From: Malacoraja senta
Taxonomy: Eukaryota
Length of the DNA: 63,788 nucleotides
Direction of reading: 5' to 3'
Assembly: GCA_038087875.1 (NCBI GenBank)
Contig: CM075977.1
Coordinates: forward strand, 217,000,213 to 217,064,000
Shown here: positions 62,333 to 63,788 of the stretch, in pieces
How positions within the stretch are numbered: the stretch's first letter is position 1
How the letters are laid out: each line of letters begins with the position of its first letter
Made by a program: the position numbers and the translations under genes
Notes under the pieces: generated by a model
What the model was told of the DNA's origin: nothing
The model's database searches: none
What the model saw: the letters and a program-made list of their open reading frames with translations, nothing else

Positions 62333-62580
62333 ATAAGAAACTGCAGATGCTGGAATTATTGAGCAAAACATAAAGTGCTGGAGGAACTCAAAGGGTCAGG
62401 CAGCATCTGTGGAAGGAATGGACAGATGACCTTTTGGTTTGGGACCTTTTTATCAGCATCTGCAGTTTCTTGAGTGAAGAAGGGTCCCGACCCAAAATTT
62501 CATCTATCCATTCCCTGTGCAGATGATGCCTCCTGGAGGTTGTAAACTCGCCGAGTTCCTCCAGCACTTTGTGTTTTGTT
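62333..62580. mobile_element. Older fold-back Penelope-like element
   Basis: Inverted pLTR arms; degenerate tgaagaagggtcccgacccaaaat. Confidence 0.65.
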
Positions 62581-62591
62581 CTCGAACCCAA

Positions 62592-62998
62592 GTGGGCCTG
62601 TACTCGCTGGAGTTTAGGATGAGGGGGGACTGAATAATGAAAGGCCTAGATAGTGTGGATGTGGAGAGGATGATTCCACTAGTGGGAGAGTCTAGCACTA
62701 CAGCCTCAGAATAAAAGGACGTTCCTTTAGGAGGGAGATGAGAAGGAATTTCTTTAGTCAGAGGGTGATGAATCTGTGGAATTCATTGCAACAGAAGGCT
62801 GTGGAGGCCAAATCATTGAATATTTTTAAGGCAGAGATAGATAAATTGTTGATTAGTACGGGTGTCAGGGGTTATGGGGAGAAGACAGGAGAATGGGGGG
62901 CTTAGGAGGGAGAGATAGATCAGCCATGATTGAAAGGCGGTGTAGACTTGATGGGCCGAATGGCCTAATTCTGCCCCTATCACTTCTGACCTTATGAA
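62592..62998 (+). mobile_element. CR1 3' fragment
   Basis: Family similarity. Confidence 0.85.
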
Positions 62999-63078
62999 CA
63001 TTTTTCCTTCTTGGAGTTTACAACAGTTCTGGATGTGACATTGATAGAAGCTATACATCGACGGACTCTATCTCAGAA

Positions 63079-63582
63079 TGGCACAGTGCTGCAGCTGGTA
63101 GAGCTGCTGCCTCACGGTGCCAGAGGCCCAGGTTTGATTCTGACCTCAGGTGCTGTCTGTGTGGAGTTTGCACGTTCTCTCTGTGACGCCATGTGTTTCC
63201 TCCGGGTGTTCCGGTTTCCTCCAACATCTCAAAGACGTGCGAGTTTGCAGGCTACCTGGCCTCTGTAAATTGTCCCTAGCGTGTAGGTGGTTTACAAGAA
63301 ACTTTAGACTTTAGTCTAGACTTCAGACTTAAGAGATACAGAGTGGAGACAGCACCGAGTCCACACTGACCAGTGATCATCTCATACACTCGCACTATCC
63401 TACATACCTGGGACAATTCACAATTATACCGAAGCCAGTGAACATACAAACCTGTACGTCTTTGGAGCGTGAGATGAAACCAGAGCGACCCGAGAAAAAC
63501 CACGCGGTCACAGGGAGAACATACAAATTCCATACAGACAGCACCCGTAGTCAGGATGAAACCCGGGTCTCTGGCGCTGTAA
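63079..63582. mobile_element. Two HE1-like SINEs, tail-to-tail (+ 63079-63290, - 63300-63582)
   Basis: Family similarity; the second is interrupted at TAA 63580-63582. Confidence 0.8.
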
Positions 63583-63788
63583 AGGACCTGTCCCACTTTC
63601 ACGACTTAATTCAAAACCTCTGCTGAGTTTAAAGGACCTAAAAAAAAAAAATCAAGATCGTGGTAATCTACGAACTCCTACGACGTTTCACGACTATGTT
63701 CACGAACTCCTACGAACTCCTATGAACTCCTACGAGTATGTCTACGAATTCCCACGACTATTTCGAAGCCCTCCTTATGAGTAAAAAG
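63583..63788. mobile_element. PIF/Harbinger-type MITE, left end (runs off the window)
   Basis: taa|AGGACCTGTCCCAC terminus; tandem tacgaactcc subterminal repeats. Confidence 0.75.

Noticed and set aside
63660-63770. CRISPR-like short repeats (tacgaactcc)
   Set aside because: Eukaryotic DNA, no unique spacers; these are subterminal repeats of a MITE.

Overview
This is vertebrate genomic DNA, inferred to be from a cartilaginous fish (skate/ray-like), based on the HE1-type tRNA SINEs paired with CR1 LINEs. It holds the last five coding exons and a long 3' UTR of SCAMP1 (+), tail-to-tail with the terminal coding exon of LHFPL2 (-). The upstream LHFPL2 intron fills roughly 34.2-63.8 kb. Everything else is non-coding and rich in transposons: CR1 and Rex1/Babar LINE fragments, about 20 HE1-like SINEs, Harbinger-type and hAT-type MITEs, a solo LTR and Penelope-like (PLE) remnants. 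Nearly all ORFs in the supplied track are LINE fragments or noise. The most interesting signals are catalytic-RNA motifs read directly from the sequence. (1) A complete, minimal 54-nt HDV/CPEB3-like ribozyme (44494-44547, -) heads a ~135-bp SINE and lies in sense orientation in the LHFPL2 intron. (2) A family of short PLE-derived elements carries minimal hammerhead motifs; three are TSD-flanked fold-back palindromes, and one of these sits in the likely SCAMP1 3' UTR. A third, highly structured non-tRNA short retroelement with a 12-bp TSD lies at 38074-38342. Ribozyme activity and novelty are untested. Boundaries of degraded repeats are approximate.
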